Below, one piece after another: positions 19,442 through 28,531 of a stretch of 64,000 nt of DNA (position 1 is the first letter of the stretch; every line of letters begins with the position of its first letter). The DNA lies in contig CBDCDC010000002.1 of assembly GCA_965215195.1 (NCBI GenBank), positions 384,001 to 448,000 on the forward strand. Reading direction: 5' to 3'. The notes under the pieces were generated by a model that had not been told where the DNA came from, made no database searches, and saw only the letters and a list, made by a program, of their open reading frames with translations. The DNA is from Candidatus Latescibacterota bacterium (GTDB taxonomy: Bacteria; Latescibacterota; UBA2968; UBA8231). The position numbers were made by a program, and so were the translations under genes.

Positions 19442-20820
19442 ATGTTACCTAGACTAGTCGGGCGGCAACTAGAGGTATTATACCTCCCAGCCAATGGCCA
19501 TACAGTGGTGCTCGGCACCGCTGGGAGCGGCAAGACGACGCTCTCTATTTACCGCGCTCTCTACTTGTCCGAGCCGTCCACCGACCACTGCGGGCGTACG
19601 CTGCTGGTGACGTTCAATCGATGTCTGGTCACCTATATGAAGCATCTAGCTGAAACAATCCAGCAATCTGTGGATATACGAAATTACCATCGCTTCGCAC
19701 GGGATTATCTCGACCACAGAGGCAAGTTACCACCGAAAAGCATCTGTCGCCCCGAAGAACGGTTGCGCTTCATAAGGCTTGCAGTGAGCGAAGCGCGAGC
19801 CGATGGTGTACAGAGCCCGATGCTGCGACGTTCAGAGGAATTCCTCGATGAAGAGTTCCAATGGATTCAGCAGCATGGTATTGCGAGCGAGGAGGATTAT
19901 GTCGCGGCGGAACGCATAGGTCGGACGGCAACCCGAGTTGCAAGGGTTGAGCGTCCTGCACTATTTGATCTTTACAAGCGATACTTGAATCAGCGGCAGC
20001 AAGGCGGCAAGTCGTACGACTGGGATGACCTCGCCAGTGCCGTGCTCCGAGAGCTTCAGTTCGATCAGAGTAAACGCCTCTACCGCCACGTAATTATTGA
20101 CGAAGGCCAAGACTTTTCGCCCGAGATGCTGCGCTCGCTCGCAGCCGCTATCCCAGAAGACGGAAGTCTCACTTTCTTTGGCGATATTGCTCAGCAGATA
20201 TACGGGCACCGGATGTCTTGGAGAAGTGCTGGACTTACCGCGACGAAAATCTGGCCATTTAAGGAGAACTACCGCAACACCAAGCAGATTTCCCAACTCG
20301 CGCTCGCGCTTGCGGCCATGCCCAATTTCCCGGACGACCCAGACTTGATCGAGCCAACGGCCCCGGTTGCCGACGGGCCATCTCCGGCGCTTGTGCGGCT
20401 TGCAAGCGAGTCGGAAGAACGAGAATTTGCCGTTTCGCGGGCGACCTTACTGGCTCAGACGGGAACAGTTGCCATTTTGTTTAGGACGCGCGATCAAGAG
20501 AGAACTTTTCGACAGTATCTCCCAAGCGAGGCGACACGGCTCCATCGCGAACTAAAACAATGGCCAAGCGGGCTAGGGCTTTTCTATGGCACATATCACG
20601 CCGCCAAGGGACTGGAGTTTGATACGGTGTTCCTGCCATTCCTGTCGGATAAATGTTGGCCCCGTCCATCCGACGTTAAACTCTTGGGGAACAAGAAGCG
20701 GCGGTGCGAAACTCGCGCCTTCTTTACGTTGGGATCACGCGAGCCAGATCGACGCTCGTACTGACATACTCGGGGTGCGTGACGTCGCTCTTACCGGAAA
20801 TAGAAGGGCTGTATCAATGA
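19442..20820 (+). CDS. UvrD/Rep-like SF1 DNA helicase with a single frameshift near the 3' end
   Basis: GTAGSGKTT, IIDEGQD, FGDIAQQIY, ENYRNT, TYHAAKGLEFD in frame. Motif VI (RLLYVGITRAR) is in a shifted frame after the G4 run at 20686-20689 and ends at TGA 20818-20820. Confidence 0.85.
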
Positions 20821-21530
20821 TGACTGAGACGATAGCTTCGATACAGGCCAGCGCGATGCGCCGCGGAATCACACGCCTTTGCCATTTCGCGCCCTCTCGC
20901 AATCTGGGGCACATCGCAGAAGATCGCGCAGGGATTCTCGCCTCGAAGTATCTTGAGGAGGACGAGAAAGCTGTCTTCAATCCGACGGATTCAGAGCGCA
21001 TGGATGGTTATCCAAACTATGTGTGCTGCTCGATTCAGTACCCGAACGCTTGGTACTTCAGAAAAGCTCGGGGTCGGGAACCGCTATTTCGAGATTGGGT
21101 CATACTTCTGATCAAGCCTGACTACCTATGGTATGCTGGCGCGAAGTTCTGTCCCCGCAATGCGGCGGCCGAGCACGGGACGCTCGTCGATGAAGGTGCA
21201 GAGGCATTCGAGGCGTTATTTGCCGACACCGTCGAAGGCACTCACACGTACAGGCGTGATCACCGTCATCCTGATTTCCTGCCCACTGACGAACAAGCCG
21301 AGGTGTTGATTCCGGATCACATCCGACGGGGAGATGTGATCGGCATCGCTGTTTACGACGACGAACAGGCCAAACGGGAAGTGGCTCGGCTGAAGCTGCT
21401 TGGCCGGAGTTTCTCGCCGATCGCGATTGTTCCCGAATTTTTCGACCCGAATAAACTCAGTCAATTGCTACGCTCTGGTCGGGTTCCGGTCGAGCGCGAG
21501 CATCAACAAGGAGACCCTCATGCCCGATAA
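20817..21530 (+). CDS. darT: DarT-family DNA ADP-ribosyltransferase (DUF4433), DarT1-like
   Basis: LCHF...NL..I, D.ER.DG, CCSIQYPN, DWVIL.I.P..LW, FCP.NAA, GAEAFEALF and PTDEQAEVL with the putative catalytic Glu; ATGA overlap with the corrected helicase stop. Confidence 0.85.
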   Translation: MMTETIASIQASAMRRGITRLCHFAPSRNLGHIAEDRAGILASKYLEEDEKAVFNPTDSERMDGYPNYVCCSIQYPNAWYFRKARGREPLFRDWVILLIKPDYLWYAGAKFCPRNAAAEHGTLVDEGAEAFEALFADTVEGTHTYRRDHRHPDFLPTDEQAEVLIPDHIRRGDVIGIAVYDDEQAKREVARLKLLGRSFSPIAIVPEFFDPNKLSQLLRSGRVPVEREHQQGDPHAR

Positions 21531-23175
21531 CAGCGAGAGCCAAGCGCACGAACCGATCTTGCCGTTGCAGGCCAAAGCCGAGGGTGCCTTTCTTGCGCTC
21601 GCGGCTGGCGACGCGCTGGGCTGGCCCCAAGAAATAGCTCGAAACGTCCAAGGCAGCCCTGAGAGCAAGGGGGCACATGTGGAGTTCAAGGGGTGGACGC
21701 GGCGCAGTGGTGGACGATTCCAACCCTATGAGGAAAACATCTACGCCGGAGACTATAGCGACGATACGCAACTTACCCTCGCGGTTGCACGGAGCAGAAC
21801 AAATCACGGCTCTAAATGGTGGAAAGCGTTTACGAAGGTGGAACTTCCGCTCTGGACGCTGTACGAACGGGGTGGGGGTGGGGCTACGAAGCGCGCGGCC
21901 AAAGCATGGGTCGAAGGTACACCTCCGTGGAAGTCAGATAAGAAAGATGGCGTTCGCCGATACTTTGAGGCTGGCGGCAACGGGGTCGCCATGCGCGTCC
22001 TACCCCATGCCTTGTTTCTCGCTGGGCAGGAAGATCCCGCCGACCTTATGTACGATGTCATTCTCGATGGATCGGCTACCCATGGCCATCCGCGCGCATT
22101 CGTCGGGGCGACGGTGTACGCCTATGCCGCGTGGATGCTGGCGCGTAGAAGTGACACGCTCCGGTTTGGTGAATTGCTGGACGTATTGATCGATGAATCG
22201 CCCAAATGGAGCAAGTTTCCCGAGTCGAATCGAAATGACCGAACGTGGTTCTCATTCGCTAAAGGCGCGATAGGCGGATACGAGTTGAAATGGGATCAAA
22301 CGATTAAGGAAATGCGAGAGCTACTCGCGAACGCGCGAAAAGGGGTCCAAGCTGGTGCGCTCGCGGACGACCATGTGGTCTTGAAAGAGCTTGGATGTCT
22401 CGGTCATGCCAAGGGAGCGGGAACCGTTAGTGCGGCTGCCGCCGCGTACCTTGTCGCACGTCATGCAGCACAGCCGGTGCAAGGGATACTCAGAGCCGCC
22501 TTTGAGCAGGGCGCGGACACGGACACCCTCGCGGCCATGACCGGAGGGCTGATGGGATGCTTGGCGGGTGTCGAATGGCTACCGGCATCGTGGCTAGAAG
22601 TCCAAGATGCCGAATACCTCCGAAACATCGCCAGCCAAATTGCCTTGGGGCCGGACCGTGCGTCCCAGAATCCTGTAGAACCTCCTGCGAACCCTCAAGC
22701 CATCTTCTCTGATCTTGCTTGGAACGGAGACCGCGAAGTGGTCTTTGGCGGCTTAAAACGAGTTCGGGCAACGCCTCTGCCGGTTCCTAAGCCAATTGCC
22801 CGATCAATCGCGGTCCAAGCGTGGAAGCTCAAAACTTCCGAGGGCCAGACCATGTATGTCACCAAGGTGAACCATTTGCGGGACAGCAAGGCGAGCCATA
22901 CACCGGAGCCGACCAAGCCAGCCGGCGCGAACGAGGCGGTGGAATCCGCTCGGGTCTCGAAGGGGGTGCTCTACGCTGAGTTTTGCCGACAATTGCAAGG
23001 TCATCTAGAATCTGGGGCCATGAAACGCAAAGAAATAGAGAGTGCTTTGGACCTCGTTCCGGGCCAAGTCAAAAAATGGCTAAGCCAAGCCGAACAGGAT
23101 GGGTGGATTCGGCGGATATCCATCAAGCCCGCAAAATTCGCGTTGTGCGGCCAGAAGTCCCTACGTAAAGAGTAA
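21520..23175 (+). CDS. ADP-ribosylglycohydrolase (DraG/ARH family) with C-terminal extension ending in a winged-helix-like domain
   Basis: A.GDALGWP.E, YSDDTQLT, GNGVAMR, THGHP, GADTDTLAAMTG; AAGGAG RBS; overlaps the darT stop. Confidence 0.88.
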   Translation: MPDNSESQAHEPILPLQAKAEGAFLALAAGDALGWPQEIARNVQGSPESKGAHVEFKGWTRRSGGRFQPYEENIYAGDYSDDTQLTLAVARSRTNHGSKWWKAFTKVELPLWTLYERGGGGATKRAAKAWVEGTPPWKSDKKDGVRRYFEAGGNGVAMRVLPHALFLAGQEDPADLMYDVILDGSATHGHPRAFVGATVYAYAAWMLARRSDTLRFGELLDVLIDESPKWSKFPESNRNDRTWFSFAKGAIGGYELKWDQTIKEMRELLANARKGVQAGALADDHVVLKELGCLGHAKGAGTVSAAAAAYLVARHAAQPVQGILRAAFEQGADTDTLAAMTGGLMGCLAGVEWLPASWLEVQDAEYLRNIASQIALGPDRASQNPVEPPANPQAIFSDLAWNGDREVVFGGLKRVRATPLPVPKPIARSIAVQAWKLKTSEGQTMYVTKVNHLRDSKASHTPEPTKPAGANEAVESARVSKGVLYAEFCRQLQGHLESGAMKRKEIESALDLVPGQVKKWLSQAEQDGWIRRISIKPAKFALCGQKSLRKE

Positions 23176-23220
23176 AGATGCCCTTCCGAGTAGTAGCCAA
23201 CCGTCGGTTGGGGCAGTAAT

Positions 23221-25035
23221 ATGCCCCTCCGAGTAGCTAACCTTCACACTCCATACATCGGCTGGCTCGTCTTCGCCCTCGCCCTCGCGCTGCGGGTCGC
23301 CTACATCTTCGAGCTGGATGCGAGTCCGCTCTTTGCACATCCAGCGGTCGATGCCAAGACGTACACCCATCACGCCCAGCGCTTGGCCGCGGGCAACTGG
23401 TTGGGCGTTGGCGAGGGGCCGTTTTGGCAGCCGCCGCTCTACCCGTACTTCCTCGGGGCGGTGAAGCTCCTTTTTTCGGAGTCATTTTTTTACGCTGTGC
23501 GCTTTGTGCAGGCCCTGCTGGGGGCGCTGGTCTGCGCGATGAGCTGGTGGATTGGGCGCACTTTGTTCAATCCGGCGGTGGGGTTGCTGGCCGGGGTTGG
23601 CGCAGCAGTGTGCGGGCCGCTGATCTTTTTTGACGGCGAGCTGTTGCCGGCCTCGCTAGCCGCCTTTGTCGATCTGCTGGCCTTGGTGGTGCTTTTGCGC
23701 GTCTGGCGTCGCCCGAGCCGTTGGGGCTTTTTGGGTGCCGGCGCGGGCTTTGGCGTTGGTGGGTTGGCCGTGCCGACGGTGCTGACCTTTGCGGTCGCCG
23801 TGCCCATCGTCCTCTTGTGGCGCACTCCCCGTCGGCAGGGCTTGAGTTGGGCCGGTGCGTTCTCGCTGGGGGTGCTCTTGGCCATCGCGCCAGTGGCTTG
23901 GCGCAACTGGGCCATTGGCGGCGACGGGGTGGGGATTTCCTACAACGCGGGGATCAACCTGTACATTGGCAACAATCCCGACTATGCACAGACTACGGCC
24001 ATCCGCCCGGGGTGGGAATGGGACGAGTTGGTCACCCAACCGGCGCGGGCGGGGATTGCGCGGCCCTCGGCTAAGTCGGCGTACTTTGCCGAGCGAGCTT
24101 GGGACTACATCGCAGGCGATCCGACCGCGTGGCTGGGGTTGATGGGGCGCAAGCTAGGGGCGTTTTGGCACGGCGACGAGCAGGGGCGCAACCAGCCGAT
24201 CTACTTCTGGCGCACCTATTCAAAGGTGCTGTCGGCGACCCTGTGGAAAGCGGGCATTGCCTTCCCCTTTGGCCTAGTGGCCCCCTTGGCGCTGTGGGGG
24301 ATGCTCTTGAGTCTGCGGCGGATCGGCCCGACGTGGTCGCTGCTGTACGCGCTGAGCTATTGCTTGGGGGTGGTCGCATTTTTTGTGGCGGCGCGCTACC
24401 GGGTGCCGGTGCTGCCAGTGCTCGTAGTCTTTGCCGCCTACGGGCTGTGGGCGCTGTGGGAGTGGGGACGGGCGGGCCGTTGGCGCAGCTTGGGGCTGGG
24501 GTTGGCCGTCTGCTCGGCCTTTGCGTTGGCGGCCAACAGCCGTATAGCGCCCATGGACATGGAGGGGGATGCGGCCATCCACTACAATCTGGGCAATGCG
24601 TATGCCGAGGCCGGCGACCAAGAGCGGGCACTGGCGGCGTTTGAGCGGGCAGTGGCTGAGGATCCGCACTACTGGCAGGCGTGGTTAAATCTGGGTGGGG
24701 TCAAGGGGGCGCGGGGGGATTTGCAGGGCGCGGGGGAAATTTTCGCACGTCTGACCCGCGAGATCCCCGGGCAAGTCGAGCCGTGGCTCAACCTAGCCCA
24801 CGTGCGGATCGTGCAGCGCGACCTAGAGGGGGCCTTTAGCTGCTACGAGTCCGCGCTCGCGGCTAATCCCAAATTCCTACCAGCCTACGTGGAAATGATC
24901 CACCTCTACGGGCAGATGGGCGATCTGGCCCGGGCGGCGCACGTCCTCCAACGAGCGGTCGATCATTTGCCCGCCCAGCGCGAGCGGTTGGATCGGCTGT
25001 ACGGTCGGCTGCTCAACGCGGCTGCACGGCCCTGA
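23221..25035 (+). CDS. GT-C (family 39/ArnT-PMT-like) membrane glycosyltransferase with C-terminal TPRs
   Basis: DA..Y...AQ, PFWQPPLYPYFL, GINLYIGNNP, ARYRVP; TPR repeats (HYNLGNAY, AWLNLG). Confidence 0.8.
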   Translation: MPLRVANLHTPYIGWLVFALALALRVAYIFELDASPLFAHPAVDAKTYTHHAQRLAAGNWLGVGEGPFWQPPLYPYFLGAVKLLFSESFFYAVRFVQALLGALVCAMSWWIGRTLFNPAVGLLAGVGAAVCGPLIFFDGELLPASLAAFVDLLALVVLLRVWRRPSRWGFLGAGAGFGVGGLAVPTVLTFAVAVPIVLLWRTPRRQGLSWAGAFSLGVLLAIAPVAWRNWAIGGDGVGISYNAGINLYIGNNPDYAQTTAIRPGWEWDELVTQPARAGIARPSAKSAYFAERAWDYIAGDPTAWLGLMGRKLGAFWHGDEQGRNQPIYFWRTYSKVLSATLWKAGIAFPFGLVAPLALWGMLLSLRRIGPTWSLLYALSYCLGVVAFFVAARYRVPVLPVLVVFAAYGLWALWEWGRAGRWRSLGLGLAVCSAFALAANSRIAPMDMEGDAAIHYNLGNAYAEAGDQERALAAFERAVAEDPHYWQAWLNLGGVKGARGDLQGAGEIFARLTREIPGQVEPWLNLAHVRIVQRDLEGAFSCYESALAANPKFLPAYVEMIHLYGQMGDLARAAHVLQRAVDHLPAQRERLDRLYGRLLNAAARP

Positions 25036-25056
25036 GCAGGTCGCCAAACCAGAGCT

Positions 25057-25305
25057 TCAATAGGGTCGGGTCGTTGCTGCCCCAGAGGTTGCGCGGTCTT
25101 GGTTCTCAATCTCAAGGCAAAGCTCAATAACGACTTCCAACTGCCGACGAACTTCCGCTGGCGTATCTCCGTGACAACAGTTCCCTCCGGCAATTTGAGC
25201 ATGGCCGATGAAGCACTCGTCTTCGTCTGACCAGTAAATAGTATAGGGACATTTTCTCAATTTGCCCTCTTCAATGGTCACTGGAGGATTGAGAATTTCG
25301 TTCAT
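25057..25305 (-). CDS. hicB: HicB-like antitoxin
   Basis: YTIYWSDEDECFIG, CCHGDTPAEV...L motif; coupled to the upstream hicA remnant by ATGA. Confidence 0.75.
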   Translation of the reverse strand: MNEILNPPVTIEEGKLRKCPYTIYWSDEDECFIGHAQIAGGNCCHGDTPAEVRRQLEVVIELCLEIENQDRATSGAATTRPY

Positions 25306-25472
25306 CGTTTGACCTTTCTGAGACTTAATCTGACGTCTCTTTCTTGATAACCCCTCGTTTACCAGAAATCGTCACTACAATTCCTTCTGAGTGTTTATAG
25401 ACTTTTGCTTCTTTGGAGGACAAAACCGGCTCGCTCTAGGTCGGAGAGGAGTTCGCGAATTTTTCTTGGCAT
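25302..25472 (-). pseudogene. hicA: HicA toxin pseudogene
   Basis: Pieces MPRKIRELLSDLERAGFVLQRSK / VYKHSEGIVVTISGKRG / YQERDVRLSLRKVKR* separated by frameshifts; the GSH motif is absent. Confidence 0.75.
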
Positions 25473-25527
25473 TGAGTTTGATCGCGCCTATCTGGGTATT
25501 CTATCGCAGCATCCCTAAAAGTCAACC

Positions 25528-27153
25528 TCAACGCGGCTGCACGACCTTGAGCACTTGGTTGGCGGCGATCTTCTTTAAGATCTGATGCGTCCCGTCCGGC
25601 CAGTGGATTTCTACTTGGACGCTCGGGGCCGCGCCCAGCCCAAAGTGCAGGCGCGGGTCGTGGCTGGCCAGATAGCTGCCGCCCGATTGGCGCTCCTGCA
25701 CTTGGCGCACCCCGTCGGCTATAACCTCCACCCGCGTGCCGAGGGCGTCGGGGTGGCTCTTTCCCACCAGTAGAATTTGCAAATAGTGGCGGGCATTGCC
25801 GCCGTCGTTGCGCAACAGCCGCGGCCGGGCCGCTACCGTGGTCACTAGGAGGTCGAGGTCGCCGTCGTCGTCGTAGTCGGCCACAGCCACAGCGCGGCCG
25901 GCATTGGCCCGTTGGAAGTCCGCTCCCAACGCGGCCGAGATGTCGGCAAAGCGGCGGCCAGCGTCGTTGCGGAACATCTGGTTGGGTTGCCGATAGGTCT
26001 GGCTCGAATCCACTTCTGCAATGCGGTCGATGACGTGGCCGTTGGCGGCGAAGAGGTCGAGGTCGCCGTCGTTGTCGTAGTCGAAGAACTTGGTGCCAAA
26101 GCCGAGGGGCCGGTACGAGGGATCGGCCAGCCCGAGGCGCTGGGTGGCGACGGCGAATTGGCCTTGGCCGTCGTTGCGGTAGAGGGCGTTGGTCTCAAAG
26201 GCAAAGTTGGTGACGAAGAGGTCGGCGTCGCCATCGCGGTCGTAGTCGCCAAAATCGACGCCCATGCCGGCGTCGGCGTGCCCGTGCTCGTTGTAGCGGG
26301 TGCCGGCAATCAAGCCCACCTCGGCGAAGGTGCTGTGCTGGTTGGCGTAGAGGAAGTTCATGGTGCCGTCGTTGGCCACGTAGATGTCGGTGTCGCCGTC
26401 GCGGTCGTAGTCGGCCAGCGCCACGCCCAGCCCCTTGCCCTTGAGCGCGATGCCGGTCTCTTCGGTGACGTCGGCGAAGGTGTCGCCGTCGTTGCGGTAG
26501 AGGAGGTCGCCGGTGGGATCGTACGCGCTAGGCTCGCAGTACGCGCGCACTTGGCCCTGCTGGCAGACGGCATCGTCGTCGAGTCTGTAGCGCACGTAGT
26601 TGGCGACGAAGAGGTCGAGATCGCCGTCGCGGTCGTAGTCGAGGAAGCCGGCACTGGTGCCCCAGCGCGGGTCCGCTAGGCCGGCCGGCGTTTTGGCAAA
26701 GGTGCCGCTGTCGTTGCGGTAGAGGGCGTTGGGGCCGTAGTTGGCGACGAAAAGGTCGGCATCGCCGTCGGCATCGTAGTCGGCGACCGCCACGCCAAAG
26801 CCGTAGCCGGGGTCGGCACTGCCGCTGTGGGCGGTGACGTCGGCGAAGGTCCCCGCGCCGGCGTTGCGGTAGAGTCGGTTCACCGGCGGTGGGTCCGGGG
26901 GAGGTCCGGTTAGGTAGGTGCCGTTGGCGAGATAGAGATCGAGGCGACCGTCGCCATCGTAGTCGAGGAAGGCAGCCCCGGCACCAAAGGTTTCGACGTA
27001 GTAGTATTGGCCGGAAAAGCCGTTGTAGTGGACAAAGTCGATACCAGCGGCGGCCCCGGCGTCGGCGAAATGCACCAGTGGGGCCGGGGGGTCTTGGGGG
27101 GCGCAGGCCCAGAGGGTGCTGGCGAGGGCGAGACCCCAGAGCTTGTCGTTCAC
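25528..27153 (-). CDS. CRTAC1-family FG-GAP/VCBS repeat lipoprotein with ASPIC/UnbV domain
   Basis: Repeated DYD.DGD.DLFV.N motifs; C-terminal SGGSYLASHDPRLHFGLG..WPDG; lipobox LWAC after GTG 27153. Confidence 0.9.
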   Translation of the reverse strand: MNDKLWGLALASTLWACAPQDPPAPLVHFADAGAAAGIDFVHYNGFSGQYYYVETFGAGAAFLDYDGDGRLDLYLANGTYLTGPPPDPPPVNRLYRNAGAGTFADVTAHSGSADPGYGFGVAVADYDADGDADLFVANYGPNALYRNDSGTFAKTPAGLADPRWGTSAGFLDYDRDGDLDLFVANYVRYRLDDDAVCQQGQVRAYCEPSAYDPTGDLLYRNDGDTFADVTEETGIALKGKGLGVALADYDRDGDTDIYVANDGTMNFLYANQHSTFAEVGLIAGTRYNEHGHADAGMGVDFGDYDRDGDADLFVTNFAFETNALYRNDGQGQFAVATQRLGLADPSYRPLGFGTKFFDYDNDGDLDLFAANGHVIDRIAEVDSSQTYRQPNQMFRNDAGRRFADISAALGADFQRANAGRAVAVADYDDDGDLDLLVTTVAARPRLLRNDGGNARHYLQILLVGKSHPDALGTRVEVIADGVRQVQERQSGGSYLASHDPRLHFGLGAAPSVQVEIHWPDGTHQILKKIAANQVLKVVQPR

Positions 27154-27410
27154 CCAGCCTTTAGAGGCCCTCTGATTCTCTAACACTATTTGTATTCGCC
27201 CGACGTTCAACAATGGTGTTCGCCATCCCTGTATCTGTCGGGAACAATGTACTCAGTGGCGCGAATTTTGTCGCCCAGCAGGTGGAGCACGATACCAGCC
27301 CCTGCGGCGCACCGAGCCGGACGAGTTCCTCGGCCATCCTCCCTCTTGCGCGATGGGGTCGCGGCGCATTTAATGGTGGCATTACCAACCACTAAACAGG
27401 AGAATGGACG

Positions 27411-27602
27411 ATGCCATTTATCAACGTGAAGATGCTCGCGGGGCGTTCCGCCGAGCAGAAGCGAGCCTTAGTCGAAGCGCTGACCCAAGCTATGGTGGAT
27501 ACCTGCGATGCGCCCCGCGAGGGGACGACGGTAGTGCTCGAAGAATGCGAGCGCGAGCACTGGGCCGTTGGCGGGGTGCTGGTGGCAGACCGCCCGCAAT
27601 AA
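27411..27602 (+). CDS. 4-oxalocrotonate tautomerase family protein
   Basis: N-terminal Pro, GRS.EQKR.L, HWAVGG; AGGAG RBS. Confidence 0.9.
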   Translation: MPFINVKMLAGRSAEQKRALVEALTQAMVDTCDAPREGTTVVLEECEREHWAVGGVLVADRPQ

Positions 27603-27681
27603 GGGGGTCAAACGATCGCTCCCGCCAAGAGGACGCCGCGGCCGTAGAATCACGGCCCGGCGATCCTCCCCGTCCGTCAGA

Positions 27682-28182
27682 TCAGACTAACTGCTCAATG
27701 GCGATTTCTACGATTGTCTGTGTCACAAACAAGCTGCTTACCTCATAAAGTGCTATAAGGATCTTCTCGGCCTCGGAATAGGTCAGAACCCCTTCCTTAT
27801 ATCCTCTGACGGCTATGCCCAATGAGCCCACAGGCCGTACGCACAACCGCCTAGCTGCCTCCCTAACGGCCAGATCATCGGTCAATAGCAGGGGAATATC
27901 CAGTTGGTTGCAGAGGCAGAGGCTTTCCCGCTCGCCTACATGCAAATTGCTCAGTGAATATGTTTGGACAAAACGATCGACGTCGTCAGCAGCAAGGGTA
28001 TGGCGTCGTACGTTATTGAGGTCCAGTGAGGGAGTATTGATTTTATCGACGCTCTCTGCCCACACAGCACTGGGTATGCAGAGTATTTTGAATAAATTCA
28101 GTAGATTGGTTTGTCCCACCTCGTGCAGGTGAATGAGAGGACCCGCATCAGCGACGGCATTTTCTACCCGCCCATGGCCCAC
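27682..28182 (-). CDS. PIN-domain protein (DUF3368-like), putative toxin
   Basis: VADAGPLIHL, IP.AVW.E, LH.GE.E, LLTDD..R..A, GSLGI. Confidence 0.8.
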   Translation of the reverse strand: MGHGRVENAVADAGPLIHLHEVGQTNLLNLFKILCIPSAVWAESVDKINTPSLDLNNVRRHTLAADDVDRFVQTYSLSNLHVGERESLCLCNQLDIPLLLTDDLAVREAARRLCVRPVGSLGIAVRGYKEGVLTYSEAEKILIALYEVSSLFVTQTIVEIAIEQLV

Positions 28183-28412
28183 TCAAGATCCTCCATCATG
28201 GCTTGGTGCTGGTGCTCGGCTAGTTCCACCCAATCCACGCCCGCCCCTTCTATCGCTTCGTCGCGGGTGATTTCTCGTCGCAGGTAGCGTCCTAGGATGC
28301 GTTCCCGCCACATCTGCTGGACGCCTTTCTGAAACGCCAGTGTCATTACCTCGGACTCGGATTTTTCGGTCTCCTGCGACAGAGTCGCCAAATAAGAGAA
28401 AGTTTTGTCCAT
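28164..28412 (-). CDS. Putative antitoxin partner of the PIN protein
   Basis: Small acidic protein overlapping the PIN gene start; L.RYL..EITR.EA motif. Confidence 0.65.
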   Translation of the reverse strand: MDKTFSYLATLSQETEKSESEVMTLAFQKGVQQMWRERILGRYLRREITRDEAIEGAGVDWVELAEHQHQAMMEDLEWAMGG

Positions 28413-28531
28413 TTAGTGCCTGCTTCGATTTACTTCGTTTAATAGTGGATAGTGTGCTAGAATATACTCCGTTCGCACTTGGCGGCACAAAGGCGATCGC
28501 TAATAATGGGCCGTTGGCCGGGTGCTGGTGA

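Larger units (their letters stand above)
25012..25553. repeat. 27-bp direct repeat (25012-25038 and 25527-25553) bracketing the hicAB cassette
   Basis: ctcaacgcggctgcacggccctgagca vs ctcaacgcggctgcacgaccttgagca, 25/27 identical. Confidence 0.9.

Noticed and set aside
20586-20816. N-terminal extension of DarT from the ORF track
   Set aside because: Overlaps helicase motifs V-VI; the ATGA-coupled start at 20817 is more plausible.
27205-27260. Fluoride riboswitch-like word (atggtgttcgcc)
   Set aside because: Lacks the 5' GGCG pairing partner and the downstream GATGAC element; no fluoride-related gene follows.
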